Of a DNA stretch of 38,749 nt, positions 1 to 8,060 are shown in pieces. The first letter of the stretch is position 1. Every line of letters begins with the position of its first letter. The stretch lies in assembly GCA_000433415.1 (NCBI GenBank), contig FR890536.1:26183-64931 (forward strand), given 5' to 3'. Origin of the DNA: Clostridium sp. CAG:448. Its GTDB lineage: Bacteria; Bacillota; Clostridia; Oscillospirales; CAG-272. The translations under genes and the position numbers were made by a program. The notes under the pieces were generated by a model that saw only the letters and a program-made list of their open reading frames with translations, made no database searches and had not been told where the DNA came from.

Positions 1-599
1 CCGCCGTAGGTTTTGTAAAAGAGAATCATCAGTGCCGCCAAAAGCGGGATTGCAATGCCCGCGCTGACCATACAGATTACTGACACACGCGGCAGATTCC
101 GTACCGTTCCCGCCGCAAGAAGTGCGGCAGCGGGGAAGCAGATGAGGGACACCAATGCCGCTAGCGGGTTAAACAGTGTTGTGCACAGCGCAAGGGGGTA
201 TGCCGCAAGGGGCAGTAGGAGCAGCAACCAACGGTGCTTCGTCAGTAAAATCAGCGTTGCTCCGCCCCTGATAATGACCAGTACGCAAAGACAGATTGCA
301 GGGATGGTTAATTGTCCGTTCGTCATCCAATAGGCAAAAAAAACGATGCAGAACGGCGGAACGAGAACGGAGGCGGCACGAATATGTGTGATGAGGTTGA
401 TTGCGCAGACAATAATGACCCCCAAAGAGACCACGGTAAAGACCGGCGTATCTGTGTAGGGAGCAAAAAGCGTGGCAAGATAGACCGCACATAGCAGGAT
501 CAGTCCGCTTTGCAAAAAGACAGATTTGAGCGGCAGGTGCGGTACCTCCCGATCTCTCCACGGATTATTCCGGGAAATGCTTCGGTTTTCCGGCTTCAT
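1..599 (-). CDS. polytopic integral membrane protein of unknown function (N-terminal part; continues past left edge)
   Basis: Absent from the ORF track because no stop lies in the window. The reverse frame is open from ATG (599-597) to base 1. GGAGG SD at 610-606, 6 nt before the ATG. Translation MKPENRSISRNNPWRDREVPHLPLKSVFLQSGLILLCAVYLATLF... has several long hydrophobic spans. Confidence 0.75.
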   Translation of the reverse strand, partial: MKPENRSISRNNPWRDREVPHLPLKSVFLQSGLILLCAVYLATLFAPYTDTPVFTVVSLGVIIVCAINLITHIRAASVLVPPFCIVFFAYWMTNGQLTIPAICLCVLVIIRGGATLILLTKHRWLLLLLPLAAYPLALCTTLFNPLAALVSLICFPAAALLAAGTVRNLPRVSVICMVSAGIAIPLLAALMILFYKTYG

Positions 600-655
600 T
601 TGCTTCCTCCTTTCCGTTTGCGTGCGCACTGAAGCGCACAACGACCTATTGTGAT

Positions 656-684
656 ATTATACCATATCCGATCGGATTTGTAAA
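656..684 (-). promoter_or_regulatory. sigma-A type promoter for the 1..599 membrane gene
   Basis: Reverse strand reads TTTACA (684-679), 17 nt, TATAAT (661-656). A small GTGCGC/GCGCAC hairpin sits in the leader. Confidence 0.55.
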
Positions 685-819
685 CGGTTCCGGACAATTT
701 TTTTGTACTTTATTTATGGAAGAATCGTCTGAAATCCTCAAAAGTGCGTTCGATCGGTCTTTTCCAAATGCAGCAATGCCCGGCAGATATTCCTGCACAC
801 CCGACCGGGTACCGAATTT

Positions 820-850
820 GACGAAAAGAGCCGCAGAATTTCTTCTGCGA
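820..850 (-). terminator. intrinsic terminator downstream of the CotH-family gene
   Basis: Reverse strand reads CGCAGAA-GAAA-TTCTGCG followed by GCTCTTTTCG. The stem is 7 bp and the T tract is short. Confidence 0.5.
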
Positions 851-898
851 CTCAATTAAAGATTTATTATTCGCTGTTTTGTTTGTACTACAGGCTTG

Positions 899-2752
899 TC
901 ATTTTTTGGAAACCAGACTCATTGCCTGATCCAGATATGTGAGGAAATATGCGGGGCGGGCATCAATGAACTGTTCGATTTCCTGATGCGCGGATTTCCA
1001 TGTTTTTGCGGTATATCCGCCGAGCGTCGATTTCCAGCGTTTGATGTGTACGGGAATTTCCGATGAGATCTGCGAGACGGATTCGGCATACAGATTTTTC
1101 AGCAGCGTGACATTCTCCTTGGAAGCCAACTGTCTGCAATAGTCGGTAAACTCCTGCCGGAAGGTCTCGTCCTTGAGGACAAAGGCGAACAGTGCCTGCA
1201 ATCCCAGCGAGTCGGGGTAGAGCTGACTGTCATCTGCAAAGCCGGAAACAAAATTGCCGAGTGTGCGATAAAAGGTGTCCGTATCGGCAAGCGTATAGAT
1301 TTCCGGGAGCGGAGCGCTTCTGTATCTGCCCATTCCGAGATCCATATCCCGCGTCATAAAGCGCCATTTTCCGTCCGTCACGCTGATTCCTTCCACCGCT
1401 TCGCCGCTGTAACGCCATACTTTGACATTGTTGTGCGGCCAGTCTGTGTTGCAGATGTAGAGGTTGAGTGCAAAATATTCCTTCAGGCTCTCCAGGTCGA
1501 CCTTGGAGGCGATTTCGTCAAATACCGCCCGGAAATCGTCTCCGGTTCTGTTCATCCCGCTTTTGGCTTTTCTGCACAGGGATTCCAGCGCTTTGATTGC
1601 CGCTTTGCTGTCGGATTCATAGTAAAACCACCGGCCGTCAAAGCGTCCGCCGCGACTGGTGTCCACCTCACTTTTGACAATATCCACGTATTGATCGTCA
1701 ACGCCGTAGACGCGGCGCACATAGTCCTCGTTCATGTTTTCCCGCAGATCCAGAATTCCGTAGTATTCACCGTTCAGATAAACTGCGGCAAAGGTGGAAT
1801 TGGCGTAATCGAGCGTTTTGCACACATTTGCAGCGAAATTGTTGGCAAGTCCGTCCCGCAAAAGGGTGGCACTGTTGGGATCGACGGAGCTGTGCTGCAT
1901 GGAATCGTTGCCGCCGTTGCGGAGAATCAGACTGTCGTATTTATCCAGCACGTCACCCGCGTTTTTCCCGGAGCGGACGGTGCGATTTTCAAAAAACGCA
2001 TAGCAGAAGGATCCTGTTCCTTCGTAATAGACGGAGTCCATACGTTCGGTTTTGCGGGCGATAATCTTGAAGGATTTCTGTGGCAGTGCGCGTGAAGTGC
2101 CGCCGAAAATCCGCAATCCGCCGTCCTGGGAGATTACGCGTTCGCCAGCGGGATTGACCATTTCAATGTGAGCGACGATTTCGTCGGAGTTGGCATAGTT
2201 GCCGATGATCCGGTCCAGATCCTGCTCCGGTGCGGTGATGGAAATGCGATAAAGCGGCGAAGAAATGCTTTTTGCGCGGATATAGGTATTCGTGACAGCC
2301 GCGCCGATGGCATTTCCGTCGATATCAAAGCAGACCGCACGGATGACCACGGTGCCCGACCGACCGGGAAGCGTCAGTGTTTCATCCGCGGAAAGCAGCT
2401 TGCTTCTGACCGTCGGAATACTGCCGTCCGTCGTGTAATGTACGGTTGTGCCGGCGGGCGCATGCTCCGGAACGGTTACGGTTAACGCAATATCGCTTTC
2501 ATAGACGCCTCCTACGACCGAGAATACGGGATTGATGCGTGCGGAAGCGTCAGAGGAGGTTTCCTCAGAGGCGGTGGTGTTCTCTGCGTCCGTTTGTTCG
2601 GCATTACCTGTGTCCGCCGCGGTATCGCCGTTCGTTGTCACATCCCCGGCGGTACCGGTCGTCTCCTGTTCGGATCCTTTGTTGGTACAGGAAACCAATA
2701 CAACAGACAGAAGCAACAGAAAGGCAAAAAGTGCGATTCGTGTAAATTTCAT
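899..2752 (-). CDS. CotH kinase family protein, predicted lipoprotein with Fn3-associated/chitobiase-C type module
   Basis: ORF 899..2815 is trimmed to the ATG at 2752, because the upstream TTG lies inside the predicted promoter. MKFTRIALFAFLLLLSVVLVSC is a lipoprotein signal with a lipobox Cys. A Thr/Asp/Glu-rich linker follows. GGVYESDIALTV...VHYTTDGSIPT is the module. LRNGGNDS, VYLNGEYYGILDL and WPHNNVKVWR match recalled CotH family signatures. Confidence 0.8.
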   Translation of the reverse strand: MKFTRIALFAFLLLLSVVLVSCTNKGSEQETTGTAGDVTTNGDTAADTGNAEQTDAENTTASEETSSDASARINPVFSVVGGVYESDIALTVTVPEHAPAGTTVHYTTDGSIPTVRSKLLSADETLTLPGRSGTVVIRAVCFDIDGNAIGAAVTNTYIRAKSISSPLYRISITAPEQDLDRIIGNYANSDEIVAHIEMVNPAGERVISQDGGLRIFGGTSRALPQKSFKIIARKTERMDSVYYEGTGSFCYAFFENRTVRSGKNAGDVLDKYDSLILRNGGNDSMQHSSVDPNSATLLRDGLANNFAANVCKTLDYANSTFAAVYLNGEYYGILDLRENMNEDYVRRVYGVDDQYVDIVKSEVDTSRGGRFDGRWFYYESDSKAAIKALESLCRKAKSGMNRTGDDFRAVFDEIASKVDLESLKEYFALNLYICNTDWPHNNVKVWRYSGEAVEGISVTDGKWRFMTRDMDLGMGRYRSAPLPEIYTLADTDTFYRTLGNFVSGFADDSQLYPDSLGLQALFAFVLKDETFRQEFTDYCRQLASKENVTLLKNLYAESVSQISSEIPVHIKRWKSTLGGYTAKTWKSAHQEIEQFIDARPAYFLTYLDQAMSLVSKK

Positions 2753-2786
2753 GGGTGATGGATCCTTTCTTTTTGTGATTTTCACT

Positions 2787-2815
2787 ATTGTATCATATTT
2801 TTTCGCAACCGTCAA
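2787..2815 (-). promoter_or_regulatory. sigma-A type promoter for the CotH-family gene
   Basis: Reverse strand reads TTGACG (2815-2810), 17 nt, TACAAT (2792-2787). Confidence 0.55.
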
Positions 2816-2883
2816 GAACTTTTTGTCAACGGCACGGATTTTACGGCAGAACGGCGGAACGGATACAAATTTTGAAAACCCTC

Positions 2884-2912
2884 TTGTATTCCGCGCCCGG
2901 TTCTGCTATAAT
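2884..2912 (+). promoter_or_regulatory. sigma-A type promoter for nagA(-metG...)
   Basis: TTGTAT (2884-2889), 17 nt, TATAAT (2907-2912). The expected transcript start falls about 2919-2920, on the first in-frame ATG. Confidence 0.55.
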
Positions 2913-2919
2913 AAAATCG

Positions 2920-4092
2920 ATGTTTTTTAGGTATGAACGGAATGAGGTGAAAAAGACGGTTACAAGAATAATCAATGCACGGATTTACCGTACCGACGAC
3001 GCGTGTTTCGTGCCGGGTACGCTGGCTTTTGCGGAGGGGCGCATTGTGGACAGTGCCCGCGCGGCGGATGTGACAATTGATGCGCATGGGGCATATCTGG
3101 CGCCCGGACTGGTGGATGTCCATACCCACGGGCGCGCCGGCACGGATTTTATCAATGCCGATGACGCGGCACTGCGCCGCATGGCACTCTCTTATCTGGA
3201 GAGCGGCGTGACGACATTGATGCCCACGCTGGCATCCGCGCCTTATGTACGGATGCAGGAGGCAACCGGGCGGATCGCCGCGGCAATCGGGCACACGGAC
3301 GGTGCGCGTTTTGCCGGCATCCATTTTGAGGGGCGTTATCTGAACCCGCAGAAGCGTGGGGCACATGCGCCCGACTTGCTCGCTTCGTTGTGCGCGGACG
3401 AGCTGAACGGTCTTGCCGACCGGATGACCGGAAAGGGGCAGATGCATATAACAGCCGCATTTGAACTGGATGCGGACGGCTCTTTTGCGGAACGGGCGCG
3501 GGCGCTCGGGATTACGCTGGGAATCGGGCACACGATGGCAACCTACGATCAGGCACGCCTGGCGGAACAGCGCGGTGTGACCGCTTACACGCATCTTTTC
3601 AATGCGATGCCTCCGCTTCACCACCGTGAGGGCGGTGCGGTCTGCGCCGCATTGACCGGCGATGCTTTTTGTGAAATGATCTGCGACGGGTTTCACATTG
3701 CGCCGGAGGTTGTCCGCCTGACCTATGCCTGCAAAGGGGAAAAACTGGTGCTGATTACCGATTCCATGGAGGCGACCGGATGTGCGGACGGCGAATACGC
3801 GATTGCCGGCATGCCTGTGACGGTGACGAACGGGCGTGCGTATACGAGCGACGGAGCGATTGCCGGGAGTACACTGAATCTTCTGGACGGCGTGCGCAAC
3901 CTTGCCGCGTTTGCGGGAATTCCTTTTGAGAAAGCGCTGTACTGCGCAACCGCTTCTCCTGCAAAGGAGGTCGGTATCTATGATATGGCAGGATCCCTGC
4001 ATGTCGGCAAACGGGCAGATTTCCTGTTGCTTGACCGCGATTACGGACTGCGCGAGGTCTGGCTCGCAGGTGAAAAGAAATCCGGCAAATGA
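2920..4092 (+). CDS. nagA: N-acetylglucosamine-6-phosphate deacetylase
   Basis: Motifs GLVDVHTHGRAG, HFEGRYLNPQKRGAH, GHTMATYDQA, THLFNAMPPLHHREGG, DGFHIAPEVV, ITDSMEATG. The ORF-track start (2788) lies upstream of the promoter. The start is either ATG 2920 (leaderless) or GTG 2947 (VKKTVTRIINARIY). Confidence 0.9.
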   Translation: MFFRYERNEVKKTVTRIINARIYRTDDACFVPGTLAFAEGRIVDSARAADVTIDAHGAYLAPGLVDVHTHGRAGTDFINADDAALRRMALSYLESGVTTLMPTLASAPYVRMQEATGRIAAAIGHTDGARFAGIHFEGRYLNPQKRGAHAPDLLASLCADELNGLADRMTGKGQMHITAAFELDADGSFAERARALGITLGIGHTMATYDQARLAEQRGVTAYTHLFNAMPPLHHREGGAVCAALTGDAFCEMICDGFHIAPEVVRLTYACKGEKLVLITDSMEATGCADGEYAIAGMPVTVTNGRAYTSDGAIAGSTLNLLDGVRNLAAFAGIPFEKALYCATASPAKEVGIYDMAGSLHVGKRADFLLLDRDYGLREVWLAGEKKSGK

Positions 4093-4141
4093 GATTTTTA
4101 CGAGATGTTAGATCGAGATGTTAGATGAGGATGTGATTGAA

Positions 4142-6184
4142 ATGAATCAGGAAAAAGAAAAGTATTATATTACGACCGCCATTCCGTATGCTTCCCGCAA
4201 GCCGCACTTCGGCAATACCTATGAGGTGATTGCAACCGACGCCGTGGCGCGGTATAAGCGGAGCTGCGGCTATGATGTTTGTTTTTGCACCGGAACCGAT
4301 GAGCACGGACAGAAGGTGGAGGCGCTTGCCAAAGAAAAGGGCGTATCCCCGAAGGAATATGTAGACGGTGTTGCCGGAGAGATCCGTGCCGTTTGGGACG
4401 GAATGAACGCGAGTTACGACTGCTTCATCCGCACAACGGACGAATACCATGTAAAGACCGTAACAAAAATTTTCAAGCGTTTTTTTGACCAGGGGGATAT
4501 TTACAAGGGATACTACGAGGGCTGGTACTGTGAGCCGGACGAAGCGTTTTTTACCGAAACACAGGTGACGGACGGCAAATGCCCCGATTGCGGCAGACCG
4601 TTGGTGAAGGGCAGAGAAGAAGCGTATTTTTTCAAAATGAGCAAGTACGCGGACAGACTGCTTCAGCATATCGAAACGCATCCCGATTTTATCCAGCCGG
4701 AATCGCGTAAAAAGGAAATGGTCAACAATTTCCTGCGTGTGGAGGGGGGCTTGCAGGATTTGTGCGTCTCCCGGACCTCGGTCAAGTGGGGAGTACCCAC
4801 GTTTGACCCCAAGCACGTGATCTATGTGTGGATTGACGCGTTGTCCAACTACATCACGGTGTTGGGCTATGATCCGGATAAGACTTATGAAGAGCAAAGC
4901 GAAAAATTCCGCCGTTATTGGCCTGCGGACGTCCATGTGATCGGCAAGGATATTCTGCGTTTCCACACCATCTATTGGCCGATTTTCCTTATGGCACTGG
5001 ACCTGCCGCTTCCCAAGCTGATTTTCGGTCACCCGTGGTTTAACTTCGGTGCGGACAAAATGTCCAAGTCCCGCGGCAATGTGATCTATGCTGATACGCT
5101 TGCCGAAGATTTTACCGTGGACGGCGTTCGTTACTACGCACTCGCAGAGATGCCGTATGGCAGTGACGGCTCCATCACCTATGAGAACGTAATCAAACGG
5201 TACAATAACGATCTGGTCAACAATCTTGGAAACCTGGTCAAGCGGACGCTGGATATGCAGAAAAAGTATTTTGACCGGGTGATTCAGGCACCGAGCGTAC
5301 CCGAAGCGCTGGATGCCGCATTGGAGGTTGCCTGCACCGATGCCTACCGCGCCTACCGTGCGCATATGGACAGCTTCCACATTGCGGACGCAACAGAGGA
5401 CGTGATGGCGCTCCTTTCCCGTACCAACAAGTATATTGACGAAACCACACCGTGGTCGTTGGCAAAGGACCCGGAAAAGCGGGAGCGGCTGGGCACGGTT
5501 CTGTACAATCTGCTCTGCGCCATCCGCTATGCGGCGGTACTGCTGTATCCATTGATCCCGGCGACGGCGGAGGAGATTTTACGTGAGATCGATCCGCAGA
5601 GTGCCGAGGTTGCCGCACTGGATGCACAGGCGGATGCGGGAAATAAGAAATATCTGTTGTTTGCGGAATTTGCCGATGATACGACGCCTTTTGCCGCTGT
5701 TGCGGCGGGACACAGTGTTGCCGATTCCAAAGTTCTGTTTGCCAGAGCAGACGGAGAGGCACTGCTGAAAAAATTTGAGGAAGAACGCGCGGCGGCACAG
5801 GCAGCAGCCCAGGCGGCGCAGACTGTCGATGCACCGGAAAAGCCCGAAAAGCCGGAGGGATGCGCACAGATCGGTATTGACGATTTTATGGGTGTGGAGC
5901 TGCGCACGGCGCAGGTGCTTGCCTGCGAAAAAGTGCCGAAGGCGAAAAAACTGCTCAAATTGCAGATTGACCTCGGATATGAAACACGTCAGGTAGTGTC
6001 CGGCATTGCCAAGTGGTATGCACCGGAAGATCTGCTCGGTAAAAAGATTATCGTAGTGGCAAATCTAAAGCCCGCAGTGCTGTGCGGGATTGAGTCGAAC
6101 GGCATGATCCTCGCGTCGGGCGAGGAAACCGTGCGTGTTATCTTCCTGGATCCCGCAACACCGCTGGGCGAACGGGTCAGATAA
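4142..6184 (+). CDS. metG: methionine--tRNA ligase with C-terminal tRNA-binding (EMAP/Trbp111-like) domain
   Basis: YITTAIPYASRKPHFGNTYE (HIGH-type region), Cys knuckle CPDCG, KMSKSRGN. C-terminal DFMGVELRTAQVLACEKVPKAKKLLKLQIDLG. Start trimmed to ATG 4142, with GAGG 10 nt upstream. Confidence 0.95.
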   Translation: MNQEKEKYYITTAIPYASRKPHFGNTYEVIATDAVARYKRSCGYDVCFCTGTDEHGQKVEALAKEKGVSPKEYVDGVAGEIRAVWDGMNASYDCFIRTTDEYHVKTVTKIFKRFFDQGDIYKGYYEGWYCEPDEAFFTETQVTDGKCPDCGRPLVKGREEAYFFKMSKYADRLLQHIETHPDFIQPESRKKEMVNNFLRVEGGLQDLCVSRTSVKWGVPTFDPKHVIYVWIDALSNYITVLGYDPDKTYEEQSEKFRRYWPADVHVIGKDILRFHTIYWPIFLMALDLPLPKLIFGHPWFNFGADKMSKSRGNVIYADTLAEDFTVDGVRYYALAEMPYGSDGSITYENVIKRYNNDLVNNLGNLVKRTLDMQKKYFDRVIQAPSVPEALDAALEVACTDAYRAYRAHMDSFHIADATEDVMALLSRTNKYIDETTPWSLAKDPEKRERLGTVLYNLLCAIRYAAVLLYPLIPATAEEILREIDPQSAEVAALDAQADAGNKKYLLFAEFADDTTPFAAVAAGHSVADSKVLFARADGEALLKKFEEERAAAQAAAQAAQTVDAPEKPEKPEGCAQIGIDDFMGVELRTAQVLACEKVPKAKKLLKLQIDLGYETRQVVSGIAKWYAPEDLLGKKIIVVANLKPAVLCGIESNGMILASGEETVRVIFLDPATPLGERVR

Positions 6185-6213
6185 GGTCGGAGAAAGAAAA
6201 GGAGGGCAAAACA

Positions 6214-6945
6214 ATGTCCACATGGGGAGAAGCACTTTATCGCTGTGCGGAACGTTACCACGGCGTTTACCATGGAAAAGCGGGGGGCGCGGGAGATGAC
6301 GCACCCAGCGAAACGCTGGAATTGATGTATAACGGAACCCGCATGCTGCTTGCGCCGCTCGCAACGGGAAAACAGGGCAAGAGCACCTACCCGTTGGCTG
6401 CAAAGGTGCAGACAACCTTTGAGCTGAATCACCGTTACAGCCTTTGCGTCCGCCGGCTGTCTTTTGCCGGCTTGCTTTGCGACAAGCTGTTCGGAATCAG
6501 CGGAGATACCGTCAAATGCGGCAACCGGCAGTGCGACAGCGCTCTGCGCATCCAATCGGATCATGTGGCGTTTACAAAAATCGTATTTACGGATAAAGAT
6601 CTGCGGAAAACACTGCTCAAACACAGATGGATGACCGTCCGCGTGGCGCCGGTTGGCGAAGACGCCCATTTGCATACGTTGGTGGTGGAGTCGGATCTGT
6701 CGCTGGATCAGAAAAATATGACGCCGGACGGTGTGTTGGATGCGATGATTCTGGCTGCCTTCCGCGTCATGCGTGCGCTGACCGCGAACAGCTTCCCGGA
6801 GGATGTGCCGGCGGCGGAGCCGAAAAAAACAAATGATTCGGCAACCCACGCAGCGGCTACACCGGCGGAAGAAGCGAAAATGCCGGAAAATGCAGACGGA
6901 CAGTGTGAAGGGGAATGTGCGGCGAAAGACGGAGTGGTTGACTGA
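6214..6945 (+). CDS. hypothetical protein (no recognisable domain)
   Basis: Strong SD AAGGAGGG upstream of ATG 6214. Its stop overlaps the tatD start (TGATG). Codon usage resembles the neighbours. The acidic/Ala-Pro-rich C-terminal tail ends in CEGEC. Confidence 0.7.
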   Translation: MSTWGEALYRCAERYHGVYHGKAGGAGDDAPSETLELMYNGTRMLLAPLATGKQGKSTYPLAAKVQTTFELNHRYSLCVRRLSFAGLLCDKLFGISGDTVKCGNRQCDSALRIQSDHVAFTKIVFTDKDLRKTLLKHRWMTVRVAPVGEDAHLHTLVVESDLSLDQKNMTPDGVLDAMILAAFRVMRALTANSFPEDVPAAEPKKTNDSATHAAATPAEEAKMPENADGQCEGECAAKDGVVD

Positions 6946-7739
6946 TGTTTGATTCTCACGCGCACTATTTTGACAAAAAATTCGATACATTGCCCGGCGG
7001 CGCCGCGGGGGTCCTTTCCGATCCGGCATTTACCCGGGCGGTCAGCGGGGTTCTGAACCTCGGGACGGATCCGGAAAACAGTCTTGCCTGTATTGCGCAG
7101 GCGGCGGAATACCCGTTTATGTATGCCGCTGTGGGGATTCATCCAGAGGACTGTCTGCATCTGGCGGACTGCCCGGATGCTGAAATTGCAAAGATTGAGG
7201 CATTGGTACGGGATCCGGTACAGCGCAGAAACAATAAAATTGTTGCAATCGGTGAGATCGGGCTGGATTACTATTGGGGTGCGGACAGGAAGAAAAAACA
7301 GCAGGATTATTTTGAAGCGCAGATGCAGTTGGCACGGGAACTGAACCTCCCGGTCTCCCTGCATGACAGGGATGCGCACGGAGATCTGTTTGAGATTGTT
7401 CTGCGCTATCCGGAGGTGCGTGGCGTGGTTCACGCGTTCAGCGGAAGTGAGGAAATGGCGCGCGAGCTGTGGCGGCGCGGGTGGTACATCGGCTTTGGCG
7501 GTGTTGTGACCTTCAAAAACGCGGAACGGGTGCGGCGCGTTGCCGCGTCGGTTCCTTTGGAATTTTTGCTGACGGAAACCGACTGCCCTTATATGGCGCC
7601 CGTTCCACACCGCGGAGAAATAAACAATTCGTTGTATATGTGCGAATCCGTTAACATGATGGCGAGCCTGCACGGGGTCACTCCTGCAGAGATGGAAGAG
7701 GTCACGGAGCGGAATGCCCGGACTCTGTTTGAAATCTGA
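6945..7739 (+). CDS. tatD: TatD family metal-dependent hydrolase/DNase
   Basis: MFDSHAHY, AIGEIGLDYYW, PVSLHDRDAHGD, VVHAFSGS, ETDCPYMAP. Follows metG, as in the Bacillus metS-yabD arrangement. Confidence 0.9.
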   Translation: MFDSHAHYFDKKFDTLPGGAAGVLSDPAFTRAVSGVLNLGTDPENSLACIAQAAEYPFMYAAVGIHPEDCLHLADCPDAEIAKIEALVRDPVQRRNNKIVAIGEIGLDYYWGADRKKKQQDYFEAQMQLARELNLPVSLHDRDAHGDLFEIVLRYPEVRGVVHAFSGSEEMARELWRRGWYIGFGGVVTFKNAERVRRVAASVPLEFLLTETDCPYMAPVPHRGEINNSLYMCESVNMMASLHGVTPAEMEEVTERNARTLFEI

Positions 7740-7773
7740 GGGCTTGCGGAGATTTTGCAGAGCTGTATTATTG

Positions 7774-7841
7774 AGCACGGGAATGCGATGATTCCGGAAT
7801 CCGGGATGGTGGCATTTCCGTGCTTCTTTTGCTTTCTTTTT
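7774..7841 (+). terminator. intrinsic terminator after tatD
   Basis: AGCACGGGAATGC (7774-7786) pairs with GCATTTCCGTGCT (7812-7824). There is an inner GATTCCGGAATC palindrome. The stem is followed by TCTTTTGCTTTCTTTTTC. Confidence 0.75.
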
Positions 7842-7927
7842 CTCTGGCGGGAAAAAAATGTGATTGATTGACTTGCATTTAGTGGAAATGTACAAAAATG
7901 CGGGTGAAATTTCTGCATTACAGTCAC

Positions 7928-7956
7928 TTGTAAACACAAGGGAAATAGAGTATAAT
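7928..7956 (+). promoter_or_regulatory. sigma-A type promoter for the EF-G paralogue
   Basis: TTGTAA (7928-7933), 17 nt, TATAAT (7951-7956). Confidence 0.6.
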
Positions 7957-8060
7957 GGGAGAAGTGAGTTGTCCGATATAGGTAACTCCGTGACGGATGA
8001 TGTGTCAAAAAATATTTACATAAATCACTTAGGAAAGGAAATCATCGCTGCCCGGCGGCG

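Noticed and set aside
646-855. 69-aa ORF on the minus strand between the CotH-family gene and the left-edge membrane gene
   Set aside because: Its TTG start lies inside the terminator hairpin of the upstream gene. It has no SD. Its 3' part overlaps the promoter of the downstream gene. The composition is unremarkable.
2812-4002. 396-aa antisense ORF opposite nagA. Similar long antisense ORFs lie at 4121..5380, 5989..7029, 6708..7937, 8025..9095, 13344..14363, 16333..17061, 17025..17780, 22111..23502, 23442..25166, 30502..31605, 31566..32441 and 35998..36909.
   Set aside because: These are shadow ORFs typical of GC-rich coding DNA. They are Arg/His/Pro/Cys-rich, lack SD sites, and each lies opposite a protein with clear conserved family motifs.
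4093-4141. T-box leaders upstream of the aminoacyl-tRNA synthetase genes: metG at 4093-4141, proS at 23506-23555, aspS at 34942-34974
   Set aside because: The intergenic spacers are only about 30-50 nt, far too short for a T-box element of about 200 nt. No specifier-loop or T-box sequence was seen.
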